From contig JAKLKW010000026.1 of the NCBI GenBank assembly GCA_023150455.1, positions 41,982-105,981 of the forward strand: a DNA stretch of 64,000 bases, written 5' to 3'. The notes under the pieces were generated by a model. That model did not search any database. It was given only the letters and a program-made list of their open reading frames with translations, and was not told where the DNA came from. This document shows positions 49,568 to 58,530 of the stretch, one piece after another. Positions within the stretch are counted from its first letter, which is position 1; each line of letters begins with the position of its first letter. The stretch comes from Alphaproteobacteria bacterium (GTDB lineage: Bacteria > Pseudomonadota > Alphaproteobacteria > JAEULC01). Made by a program: the position numbers and the translations under genes.

Positions 49568-49945
49568 TCAGCGGCCGCGCAAGCGATCGATCGCGCGGCG
49601 CTCGAGCTTCGTCGGCCGGCCGGCGCCGGTATCGCGCTCGGCCTGCCCTTCCTGCGTCACGCCGGCCGGGCGCGGCGCCGGCGGGACAAGGTCGTCGTAT
49701 AGCGTCGCCGCCTCGGTGGCCGGCCCGCGGCGCAAGCCCAGCGCCCGGATCGCCACGACGCGGATATGCGGTCCCTGCGGGAAAGTCAGCACATCGCCGA
49801 TGCGAACCGCGTGATGCGCCTTGTAGACGACCTGCTTGTTGATGCGGACGCGGCCCGCTTCGCACCAGGTGCCCGCGAGCGTCCGGCTCTTGCAGAAGCG
49901 CGCGAACCACAGCCACTTGTCCAGGCGGATGCTGGCCTCGCTCAT
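49568..49945 (-). CDS. S4-domain RNA-binding protein (Hsp15-like)
   Basis: S4 motif IRLDKWLWFARF. Its start overlaps the helicase stop by 1 nt. Confidence 0.7.
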   Translation of the reverse strand: MSEASIRLDKWLWFARFCKSRTLAGTWCEAGRVRINKQVVYKAHHAVRIGDVLTFPQGPHIRVVAIRALGLRRGPATEAATLYDDLVPPAPRPAGVTQEGQAERDTGAGRPTKLERRAIDRLRGR

Positions 49946-52440
49946 CAGCGCGAGCGCGGCCGCCGGTCGACCAGCTCGCCGAGGCGCGCGAACGGTCCCT
50001 CGGCCGCGGCGGCGGCTGCGACGCTGCGCCGGCGCCGCTGGTCGCGCCGCCGGCGCTGGGCGAAGCTGATGCCCGCCTGATCGACTTGCGCGCGGTATCC
50101 CAGCGCCTTCAGCACGCCGGCGATCTCGCCCTCGGCGCAGCCGGCAAGCTCGCGCAGGGCCGGCGTGGCGGCGAAGGCGCCCTGGCGCGCAAGGCGCCGG
50201 CAGGCTGCGGACAGCCGCTCGAGCTGATCGACCCGGATGGCACGCGGGCCCATGCGGCGGAAGCCGAGCGCGAGGTCGAGCGCCTCGGGCCGCTCCGGAT
50301 CGACCGCGATCGACACCGCGCCCGCCGGCGGCGGCTTGACCGGCCCACCCTCGTAGAGCGACCACAGCATGGCCTTGAGCTGGACCGAGGCCGGCTTCAG
50401 CTGCGCCGGAAGGAACACGCTTTCGGTGCCGAGGCGCACGCCGAAGCGGGCGAGCGCCTGGGTCTCGTCGCGCTGGAGCGCCGAGAGCTGCTGCTCGACC
50501 CGCGCGCGCGGCATGACGCCCATGGCTTCGACGAGCTGGTAGGCGACCCCGCGCGCGGCCCCGGCGAGCGGCGCCGTCGCCAGGCGGCGCAGCGACTGCA
50601 GTCCGCGGTCGAGCTCCGCGGCGAGCCAAGCCTCCAGCCGCCGCCGCACGCGCACCTTCAGGTCCCCGTCCAGAAGCTCGCTCGCCAGCGGCTCGATCCG
50701 TGGCGCCGAAGGCGTCTCGCCGCGCACCAGCCGCGCCACCGGTGCGCCGCGCCACAGCACGCGCTGATCGGCGAGGCGCAGCGCAAAGGCCTCGTCGGGC
50801 TCCTCGGCGAAGCGCTGCACCCGGCGGCCGATCTCGCTACCGAGCGCGCGGCGCGCCGCGGCCAGCACCGCGCGCGATTCGACCGCGGCGGCGTTTTCGG
50901 CCACGAAGGCGAAGCCGTCGAGCCGCCCGATGGTCTGGCCCTCGACCACCACGTCGTCGTTGCGCGTGACGCCGCCCAGAAGCTCCCCGCGCTCGCCCGA
51001 TCCGCGCCCGATCGACGAGCCGCGCCGGTCGATGAAGCGCTGCGTCAGGCGCTCGTGCAGCGCGTCGCTGAGCTTGTCCTCGATCGCGCGGGTGAGCTCC
51101 TGCCAGTAGGCCGCCCGTTGCAGCCAGTCCGCCCGGTGCGAGATGTAGGTCCAGGTCCTGACATGCGCGATGCGGTTGGTGAGCGTGTCGATGTCGCCGG
51201 CGATGCTGTCGAGGCGCGCCACGTGCTCGGCCGTCCAGTCCTCGGGCAGGCGCCCACCGGCGCCGGTCAGGTGGCGGAAGACCTGGCCGAGGAAGCGCGC
51301 GTGCGAATCGGTCAGCGTCTTGCGGAAGTCGGGGATCTGGCACACTTCCCACAAGAGCCGCACGAGCGCCGGATTCCAGCGCCGCTCGGCGAGGTCGCGG
51401 TCGCGCACGAGGGCGGCGAGCGCGAGATGATCTTCCGCCTCGCGCGCGCGGATCAGGAAGGGCGCCGGCGAGCGGGCGTCGAGTGAGCGCAGCAGGGCCT
51501 GCGGCGAGGCGAAATCGAGGGTGCCGTTGCGCCAGAACAGGTTGTCGAGCGGGTCGAAGCGATGCGCCTCGATCTGCTCCACCGCGGTCTCGTCGAGCGG
51601 ACCCAGCTCCTGCGTCGTGCCGAATGTGCCGTCGCTCATGTGTCGCCCGGCACGGCCGGCGATCTGGGCGAGCTCCGCCGGGCCCAGACGGCGGTTGGCG
51701 CGGCCGTCGAACTTGGCCAAGCCCGCGAAGCACACATGGTCCAGGTCCATGTTCAGGCCCATGCCGATCGCGTCGGTGGCGACCAGGTAGTCGACCGCGC
51801 CTTCCTGGAACAGGCCGACCTGGGCGTTGCGAGTGCGCGGGCTGAGCGCACCGAGCACGACCGCGGCGCCGCCGCGCGTGCGGCGGATCAGCTCGGCCAT
51901 CTCGTAGACCTGGGCGGCGGAGAAGGCGACCACCGCGGAGCGCGGCGGCAGGCGCGTCAGCTTGCGCGGACCGGTATAGAGCAGCGTCGAGAAGCGCGGA
52001 CGGGTCTGGAACTCGGCCTCGGGCACCAGGCGGCGGATCAGCGGGCGGATGGTCTCCGCGCCGAGGAACATCGTCTCCTCGCGCCCGCGCGCGTGGAGCA
52101 GGCGGTCGGTGAACACGTGCCCGCGCTCGGGATCGGCGCAGAGCTGGATCTCGTCGACGGCCAGGAACGCAACCGGGCGGTCGAGCGGCATCGATTCGGC
52201 GGTGCAGACGAACCAGCGCGGCTCGGGCGGAACGATCTTCTCCTCGCCCGTGATCAGCGCCACGGCGCGCGCGCCCTTCATCTTGACGATGCGGTCGTAG
52301 TTCTCTCGCGCCAGCAGGCGCAAGGGGAAGCCGATCATCCCGCTGGCGTGGCCGAGCATGCGCTCGATGGCGAGATGGGTCTTGCCGGTGTTGGTCGGCC
52401 CGAGAACGGCCAGCACCCGGGAGGCGGACGAAAGCGCCAT
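49945..52440 (-). CDS. ATP-dependent helicase, Suv3-like ('helicase-related protein' of alphaproteobacteria)
   Basis: Walker A GPTNTGKTH and a helicase C-terminal domain. Confidence 0.75.
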   Translation of the reverse strand: MALSSASRVLAVLGPTNTGKTHLAIERMLGHASGMIGFPLRLLARENYDRIVKMKGARAVALITGEEKIVPPEPRWFVCTAESMPLDRPVAFLAVDEIQLCADPERGHVFTDRLLHARGREETMFLGAETIRPLIRRLVPEAEFQTRPRFSTLLYTGPRKLTRLPPRSAVVAFSAAQVYEMAELIRRTRGGAAVVLGALSPRTRNAQVGLFQEGAVDYLVATDAIGMGLNMDLDHVCFAGLAKFDGRANRRLGPAELAQIAGRAGRHMSDGTFGTTQELGPLDETAVEQIEAHRFDPLDNLFWRNGTLDFASPQALLRSLDARSPAPFLIRAREAEDHLALAALVRDRDLAERRWNPALVRLLWEVCQIPDFRKTLTDSHARFLGQVFRHLTGAGGRLPEDWTAEHVARLDSIAGDIDTLTNRIAHVRTWTYISHRADWLQRAAYWQELTRAIEDKLSDALHERLTQRFIDRRGSSIGRGSGERGELLGGVTRNDDVVVEGQTIGRLDGFAFVAENAAAVESRAVLAAARRALGSEIGRRVQRFAEEPDEAFALRLADQRVLWRGAPVARLVRGETPSAPRIEPLASELLDGDLKVRVRRRLEAWLAAELDRGLQSLRRLATAPLAGAARGVAYQLVEAMGVMPRARVEQQLSALQRDETQALARFGVRLGTESVFLPAQLKPASVQLKAMLWSLYEGGPVKPPPAGAVSIAVDPERPEALDLALGFRRMGPRAIRVDQLERLSAACRRLARQGAFAATPALRELAGCAEGEIAGVLKALGYRAQVDQAGISFAQRRRRDQRRRRSVAAAAAAEGPFARLGELVDRRPRSR

Positions 52441-52574
52441 GTGTGTCCGAGCAATGGGTCGCTGCAACAATTGGGTCTTTACCCGGCGGATGCAAGGGGT
52501 TACGCCGGTTTCATGGCGGGATTATGATGCGGCGCATGACCGCAGCGCGCCGGTGCCGGCGCGACGCCGGCCTC

Positions 52575-53243
52575 CTATCCGCCCGGCACCATCGGCACGA
52601 AGGCGACCGGCAGGACGCTGCGCCGGTCGAGACTGCCGTCCTTTTCCTTGCACACCAGCACCAGTTCCTGGTCGCTGCCGCGCGGACCGATGGGAATCAC
52701 CATGCGGCCGTCCGGCTTGAGCTGGTCGACCAGCGCCCGCGGCAGGCTCGGCGCCGCGGCCGTGACGACGATGGCGTCGAACGGCGCGCCCTCGGGCCAG
52801 CCGAGATAGCCGTCGCCGTGGCGTACCTCGACGTTGGCGATGCCGAGCGACTTGAGCCGCTCGGCCGCTTCGCTCGCCAGTTCCGGCACGGTTTCGATCG
52901 AACAGACCTGCGCGGCCAGCCGGGCGAGGATGGCGGCCTGGTAGCCGCAGCCGGTGCCGACCTCGAGCACGCGGTCGCCGGGTTCGAGATGCAGCAGGTC
53001 GGTCATCACCGCGACGATGTAGGGCTGCGAGATGGTCTGGCCGTGGCCGATCGGCAGCGGCCGGTTGTCGTAGGCGCTGTCGGCCCATTCCGGCGGCACG
53101 AAGCGCTCGCGCGGCACGCTGCCGAGCGCCTCGATCACGCGCGGGTCCAGCGCCGTCTTGCCGAGGTAGCGGTTGGTCCACAGGACCTCGTCGACCACGG
53201 TCCGGACCATGGCCAGGCGCGCTTCAGCCATGTCGGCGCTCAC
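52575..53243 (-). CDS. pcm: Protein-L-isoaspartate O-methyltransferase
   Basis: VLEVGTGCGYQAA SAM motif and the PIMT-specific region. Confidence 0.85.
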   Translation of the reverse strand: MSADMAEARLAMVRTVVDEVLWTNRYLGKTALDPRVIEALGSVPRERFVPPEWADSAYDNRPLPIGHGQTISQPYIVAVMTDLLHLEPGDRVLEVGTGCGYQAAILARLAAQVCSIETVPELASEAAERLKSLGIANVEVRHGDGYLGWPEGAPFDAIVVTAAAPSLPRALVDQLKPDGRMVIPIGPRGSDQELVLVCKEKDGSLDRRSVLPVAFVPMVPGG

Positions 53244-53267
53244 GCCCGGCCGACGCCGCTTCCAGGG

Positions 53268-53295
53268 TCTTGCGGGGCAAAGCCCTCATCCCATA
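53268..53295 (+). promoter_or_regulatory. RpoH (sigma32)-type heat-shock promoter: CTTG, 17 nt spacer, CCCATAT
   Basis: Read from the sequence about 70 nt upstream of htpG. It matches the alphaproteobacterial sigma32 consensus. Confidence 0.5.
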
Positions 53296-53363
53296 TAGGG
53301 GTTCGCCCGCGGGCGGCGGCCGCCGGGGTCGCGCCGCTGGGAACGGTGGATCGAGGGTCGGAC

Positions 53364-55220
53364 ATGGCAGAGGAAACCTTGCATTTCCAGGCGGAAGTCG
53401 GGCGCCTGCTGGATATCGTCGCGCATTCCCTCTACAGCGACAAAGAGATTTTCCTGCGCGAGCTGATCTCGAACGCGTCGGACGCGTGCGACCGCCTGCG
53501 CTACCTGGCGTTGACGCGGCCGGAGCTGGCGGCGGACGATCCCAATTTCAAGGTGGTGATCGCGGCCGACGCCAAGGCGCGCACGCTGACCGTCTCCGAC
53601 AACGGCATCGGCATGAACCGCGAGGACCTGGTGACGAACCTGGGCACGATCGCGCGCTCGGGCACCGCCGCCTTCATGAAGGACCTGACCGGCGACGCCG
53701 CCAAGGACACCAAGCTGATCGGCCAGTTCGGCGTCGGCTTCTATTCGGCCTTCATGGTCGCCGACAAGGTCAGCGTCACCAGCCGCAGGGCGGGCGACGC
53801 CCAGGCCTGGCGCTGGATGTCGGACGGCAAGGGCGACTTCGCCATCGCCGAGGGCGAGCGCGACGGCCGCGGCACGACGATCGAGCTGCACCTGCGCGAC
53901 GGCGAGGACGAGTTCCTGCAGTCCGAGCGCCTGGCGGAGATCGTGCGGCGCTATTCCGACCACATCGCGCTGCCGGTCGTGCTGCTGGAGAACGGCAAGG
54001 AGCGCACGCTCAACGCCGCAGCGGCCCTGTGGACGCGGCCGAAGAGCGAGATCACCGAGCAGCAGTACCGCGAGTTCTATCGCCACGCCGGTCATCTGGG
54101 CGACGAGCCGTGGCTCACCGTCCATTTCAAGGCCGAGGGCACGGTCGAGTACCACGCCCTGCTGTTCGTGCCGCAGACGAGGCCGTTCGACCTGTTCCAT
54201 CCCGACCGCCGCCACAACGTGAAGCTCTATGTCCGGCGCGTCTTCATCAGCGACGACTGCCCCGAGCTCGTGCCTTCGTGGCTTCGATTCCTGAAGGGCA
54301 TCGTCGATTCCGAGGATCTGCCGCTCAACGTCAGCCGAGAGATGCTGCAGAAGAACGCGGTCGTGACGAAGATCCGCAAAGGCCTGGTCACGCGCGTGCT
54401 GTCGGAGCTGGATAAGAAGGCGGAGAAGGCGCCGGAGGAGTACGCGGGCTTCTGGGAGAGGTTCGGCGCGGTGCTGAAGGAAGGGCTCTACGAGGACCGC
54501 GAGCGACAGGAGTCGCTGCTGAAGCTGGCGTGGTTCCGCACGACCCATGGCGAGAACTGGAGCTCGCTGGCCGATTACGTCGCGCGCATGAAGCCCGGCC
54601 AGGAAGCGATCTACTTCATCAGCGGCGACGATGCGAAAGGGTTGCGCAAGAGCCCGCAGCTGGAGGGCTTCGCCGCCAAGGGCGTCGAGGTGCTGCTGCT
54701 GAGCGATCCGATCGACGATTTCTGGGTCGCCGCCGTCGGCGAGTACGAAGGCAAGCGCCTGCGCTCGGTCACGCAGGGCGGCGTCGACCTGTCGAAGATC
54801 GACGGCGGCGAGAAGAAGGACGAGCAGGCCGATCCGCCGGCGGGGCTCGCCGGCCTCGTCGCCGTGTTCAAGCTGGCGCTGAAGGACGAGGTGAAGGACG
54901 TGCGCGCCTCGGAGCGGCTGACCGAGAGCGCGGTGTGCCTGGTGGCGGACCAGGGCGATCTCGACATGCGCATCGAGCGCATGCTGCGCCAGCACCGCCA
55001 GCTCGACACCGCGGCCAAGCGCATCCTCGAGCTCAATCCGCGCCACGCGCTGGTGCGCAAGCTGGCGGGCCTCGTCGGCAAGACCGAGGAGGCGCCGACG
55101 CTCGACGCCATGGCGCATCTGCTGCTGGACCAGGCGCGCATCGTCGAGGGCGAGACCCTGCCCGACCCCGCCGCCTTCGCCCGGCGCCTCTCGGGCGCGC
55201 TGGAGCGCGGGCTGGCGTAG
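53364..55220 (+). CDS. htpG: Molecular chaperone HtpG (Hsp90)
   Basis: GHKL ATPase motifs (ELISNASDA, DNGIGM, GQFGVGFYS). Confidence 0.9.
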   Translation: MAEETLHFQAEVGRLLDIVAHSLYSDKEIFLRELISNASDACDRLRYLALTRPELAADDPNFKVVIAADAKARTLTVSDNGIGMNREDLVTNLGTIARSGTAAFMKDLTGDAAKDTKLIGQFGVGFYSAFMVADKVSVTSRRAGDAQAWRWMSDGKGDFAIAEGERDGRGTTIELHLRDGEDEFLQSERLAEIVRRYSDHIALPVVLLENGKERTLNAAAALWTRPKSEITEQQYREFYRHAGHLGDEPWLTVHFKAEGTVEYHALLFVPQTRPFDLFHPDRRHNVKLYVRRVFISDDCPELVPSWLRFLKGIVDSEDLPLNVSREMLQKNAVVTKIRKGLVTRVLSELDKKAEKAPEEYAGFWERFGAVLKEGLYEDRERQESLLKLAWFRTTHGENWSSLADYVARMKPGQEAIYFISGDDAKGLRKSPQLEGFAAKGVEVLLLSDPIDDFWVAAVGEYEGKRLRSVTQGGVDLSKIDGGEKKDEQADPPAGLAGLVAVFKLALKDEVKDVRASERLTESAVCLVADQGDLDMRIERMLRQHRQLDTAAKRILELNPRHALVRKLAGLVGKTEEAPTLDAMAHLLLDQARIVEGETLPDPAAFARRLSGALERGLA

Positions 55221-55249
55221 GCCGGATGGCAGAGGTCGGATGACAGAAG

Positions 55250-56286
55250 TCAGAAGTCGGATGGCTCGGGCTCGTGCGTTCGGCCCTCCGACATCTGACC
55301 TCTGTCATCTGACATCTGCTGCCGCAGCGGTCGTTCGGCACCCGAGGGCAGCGGGGCGCTCGGATCGGATATCCAGGCGGCGATGTCCTGCCGCACGATG
55401 TCGGCGTTGAGGTCGCGCAGCAGCATGTGGAAGCCCTGCGGGTAGACGACCAGCCGCTGGCGCGGCGCCGCTTCGGGCGGCAACTTCTTGAGGAAGCTGT
55501 CGACCGGCCCGTGCGGGATCAGTTGCTCGTTGCTGCCGTAGAGGATCAGCGCGCGCGCGGCGAAGCGCGGCGCGGCGGCCTGGGCATCGTCCATCAGGTT
55601 CACCAGGCCATAGACCGTATCGATGCGGTTGTACTTCTGCACATGGCGGTCCTGGCCGAGACGGCGCAGCATCGGCATGTTGTCCGACGGCACGCGGCCC
55701 GTGTTGTGGCCGCCAACCGGGAACCACGGCATCGCGTGGGCGAGGAAGTCGAGCGTGCCGGCCTGCATGCCGGGCATGAAGGCGCGGCCCCACAGCGCCG
55801 GCGCCGACAGGACGGCGCCGTCGACCGGGGGCGGTTGGTCGCCGGCCATCGCGACGATCGCCACGGCGGCGCCCATGCTTTCGCCCAGGAGATAGAGCGG
55901 CAGATCGGGATGGCGCCCGCGCAACAGCCGCGCCATCTCGCCCGCGTCGCGCACCAGCAGCTCAGTGCCCGCCCAGATTCCGGGGTCCGGCGCCTCGCCG
56001 TGGCCGCGCTGGTCGTAGGCATAGGTGAGGATCCCGCGCTTCGCCCATTCCGACGCCGGCTCGGCGAAGGCATTGCGGTAGTCGTTGAATCCATGCAGCG
56101 CGAGCAGGACGGCCCTGGGCGGTCCGTCCGGGCGCCACGCCGCGACCTTGAGCGCGATCCCGTCCGACGTGACGAAGCGCTCCTCGTCGAGCCGCGCGGC
56201 GTCCATCATGCTGCCGGGCTGCTGCATCAGCGGCGCGCAGGCCGAGAGCGCGAACGCGACCAGAACGCCGATGGTACGCCGTGCGT

Positions 56287-56290
<4 letters not shown>
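55250..56290 (-). CDS. Alpha/beta hydrolase lipoprotein (lysophospholipase-like)
   Basis: LSAC lipobox and a GESMG nucleophile elbow. Its start overlaps the ABC ATPase stop as ATGA. Confidence 0.7.
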
Positions 56291-57291
<1,001 letters not shown>

Positions 57292-57398
57292 GACTCCACC
57301 GGTCGGAAATGCCGCGATAGTTGATTATGCCGGTGCCATGCGTATCATCGCACGCGCGCGCGGGTCAATCGCGCGCGCGTGAAGGGAGTTCCGGGCCG

Positions 57399-57575
57399 AT
57401 GCCGACGACGGAAACAGTGGAAGTGGACAGCGAAACCGTCGCCTGCGACGGCGGCGTCGGCGCGCTCGGCCATCCGCGCGTCTATTTGACGCTGGGCCCG
57501 GAAGGGAAGATCGACTGCCCCTATTGCGGCCGGCATTTCCGGCTGAAGCCGGGCGCGCGTCCCGCGGCGCACTGA
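57399..57575 (+). CDS. Small zinc-finger protein, zf-CHCC (NDUFS6-like)
   Basis: 58 aa with VACDGG...GHPRVY...CPYCG. A GAAGGGAG SD precedes the ATG. Confidence 0.55.
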   Translation: MPTTETVEVDSETVACDGGVGALGHPRVYLTLGPEGKIDCPYCGRHFRLKPGARPAAH

Positions 57576-57600
57576 CGCCCGGCGGGTCTGGCGCGGCCGT

Positions 57601-58530
57601 GTGAACTCCTACGCGGCGCTTCTGATCGGAATCGCGTTGGCCGCAGCGGGCGGGGACGCGTTCGTCCGCGGCATTCGAGCCCTCGCCGACCTGTTGCGCG
57701 TGCCCTCCGTCCTGGTCGCTTCAACTGTCGCTGCCGTCGCGACCTCGGCGCCGGAGCTGGCTGTCGGCATCAACTCGGCCCTTGCCGGCGTGCCGCAGAT
57801 CGCCATCGGCGACTCCCTCGGCAGCAACGTCGTCAATCTAGGGCTGATCCTCGGCGCGTGCCTGGTCGTCGGCGAGATGCGGGTCGCGCGCGAGGACACG
57901 CAGCGCGCCTTCGCCACGGCAGCCCTCGCGCCGGTGGCCACGGCCGCCCTGGTGGCCCATGGCGGCTTGGGCAGGCCCCACGCCGCCGGATTGATGGCTC
58001 TGTTTGTTGCCTATCTCGCAGCGAGCGTGCTGGAAGCACGCCGCCATCGGAGGGCCGCGAAGTCGTGTGCCGGACTCGCTGCCTTGCCGGTCGTCGCCAT
58101 GCTACTTCTCGGTCTCGCGGCGATGATCGGCGGCGGATACTTGATCGTCGATGGTGCGGCCGCCCTGGCGGTGCGATGGGGGATCGACGGATTCGTCATC
58201 GGCGCCGCGATCGTGGCAATCGGCACCTCCACACCCGAGCTGGCCGTGATGGTTGTCGCGCGCCTGCGCGGCCACGGTGAGATCAGCCTTGCGACGCTAC
58301 TCGGCAGCAACATCTTCAACGGCCTGTTCATCGTGCCGACGGTCGTCCTGATCCGGCCGGTCGCACTGACATTGGACGAGGTGCTGCCGGCGCTCGCCTT
58401 CGGCCTGATCGTGGTTGCGCTGTGCTATCCCGGGCGCGGCGGCCGACTTCTCCGCTGGCGCGGGCTTTTCTTGACCGCGGCCTATGTCGGATTCCTCATC
58501 GCGATCACGTCTGCCTCGATCGCTCCTTGA
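57601..58530 (+). CDS. CaCA-family sodium/calcium exchanger membrane protein (YrbG-like)
   Basis: Two alpha-repeat GxSxPE motifs (TSAPELAV and TSTPELAV). GTG start. Confidence 0.75.
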   Translation: MNSYAALLIGIALAAAGGDAFVRGIRALADLLRVPSVLVASTVAAVATSAPELAVGINSALAGVPQIAIGDSLGSNVVNLGLILGACLVVGEMRVAREDTQRAFATAALAPVATAALVAHGGLGRPHAAGLMALFVAYLAASVLEARRHRRAAKSCAGLAALPVVAMLLLGLAAMIGGGYLIVDGAAALAVRWGIDGFVIGAAIVAIGTSTPELAVMVVARLRGHGEISLATLLGSNIFNGLFIVPTVVLIRPVALTLDEVLPALAFGLIVVALCYPGRGGRLLRWRGLFLTAAYVGFLIAITSASIAP

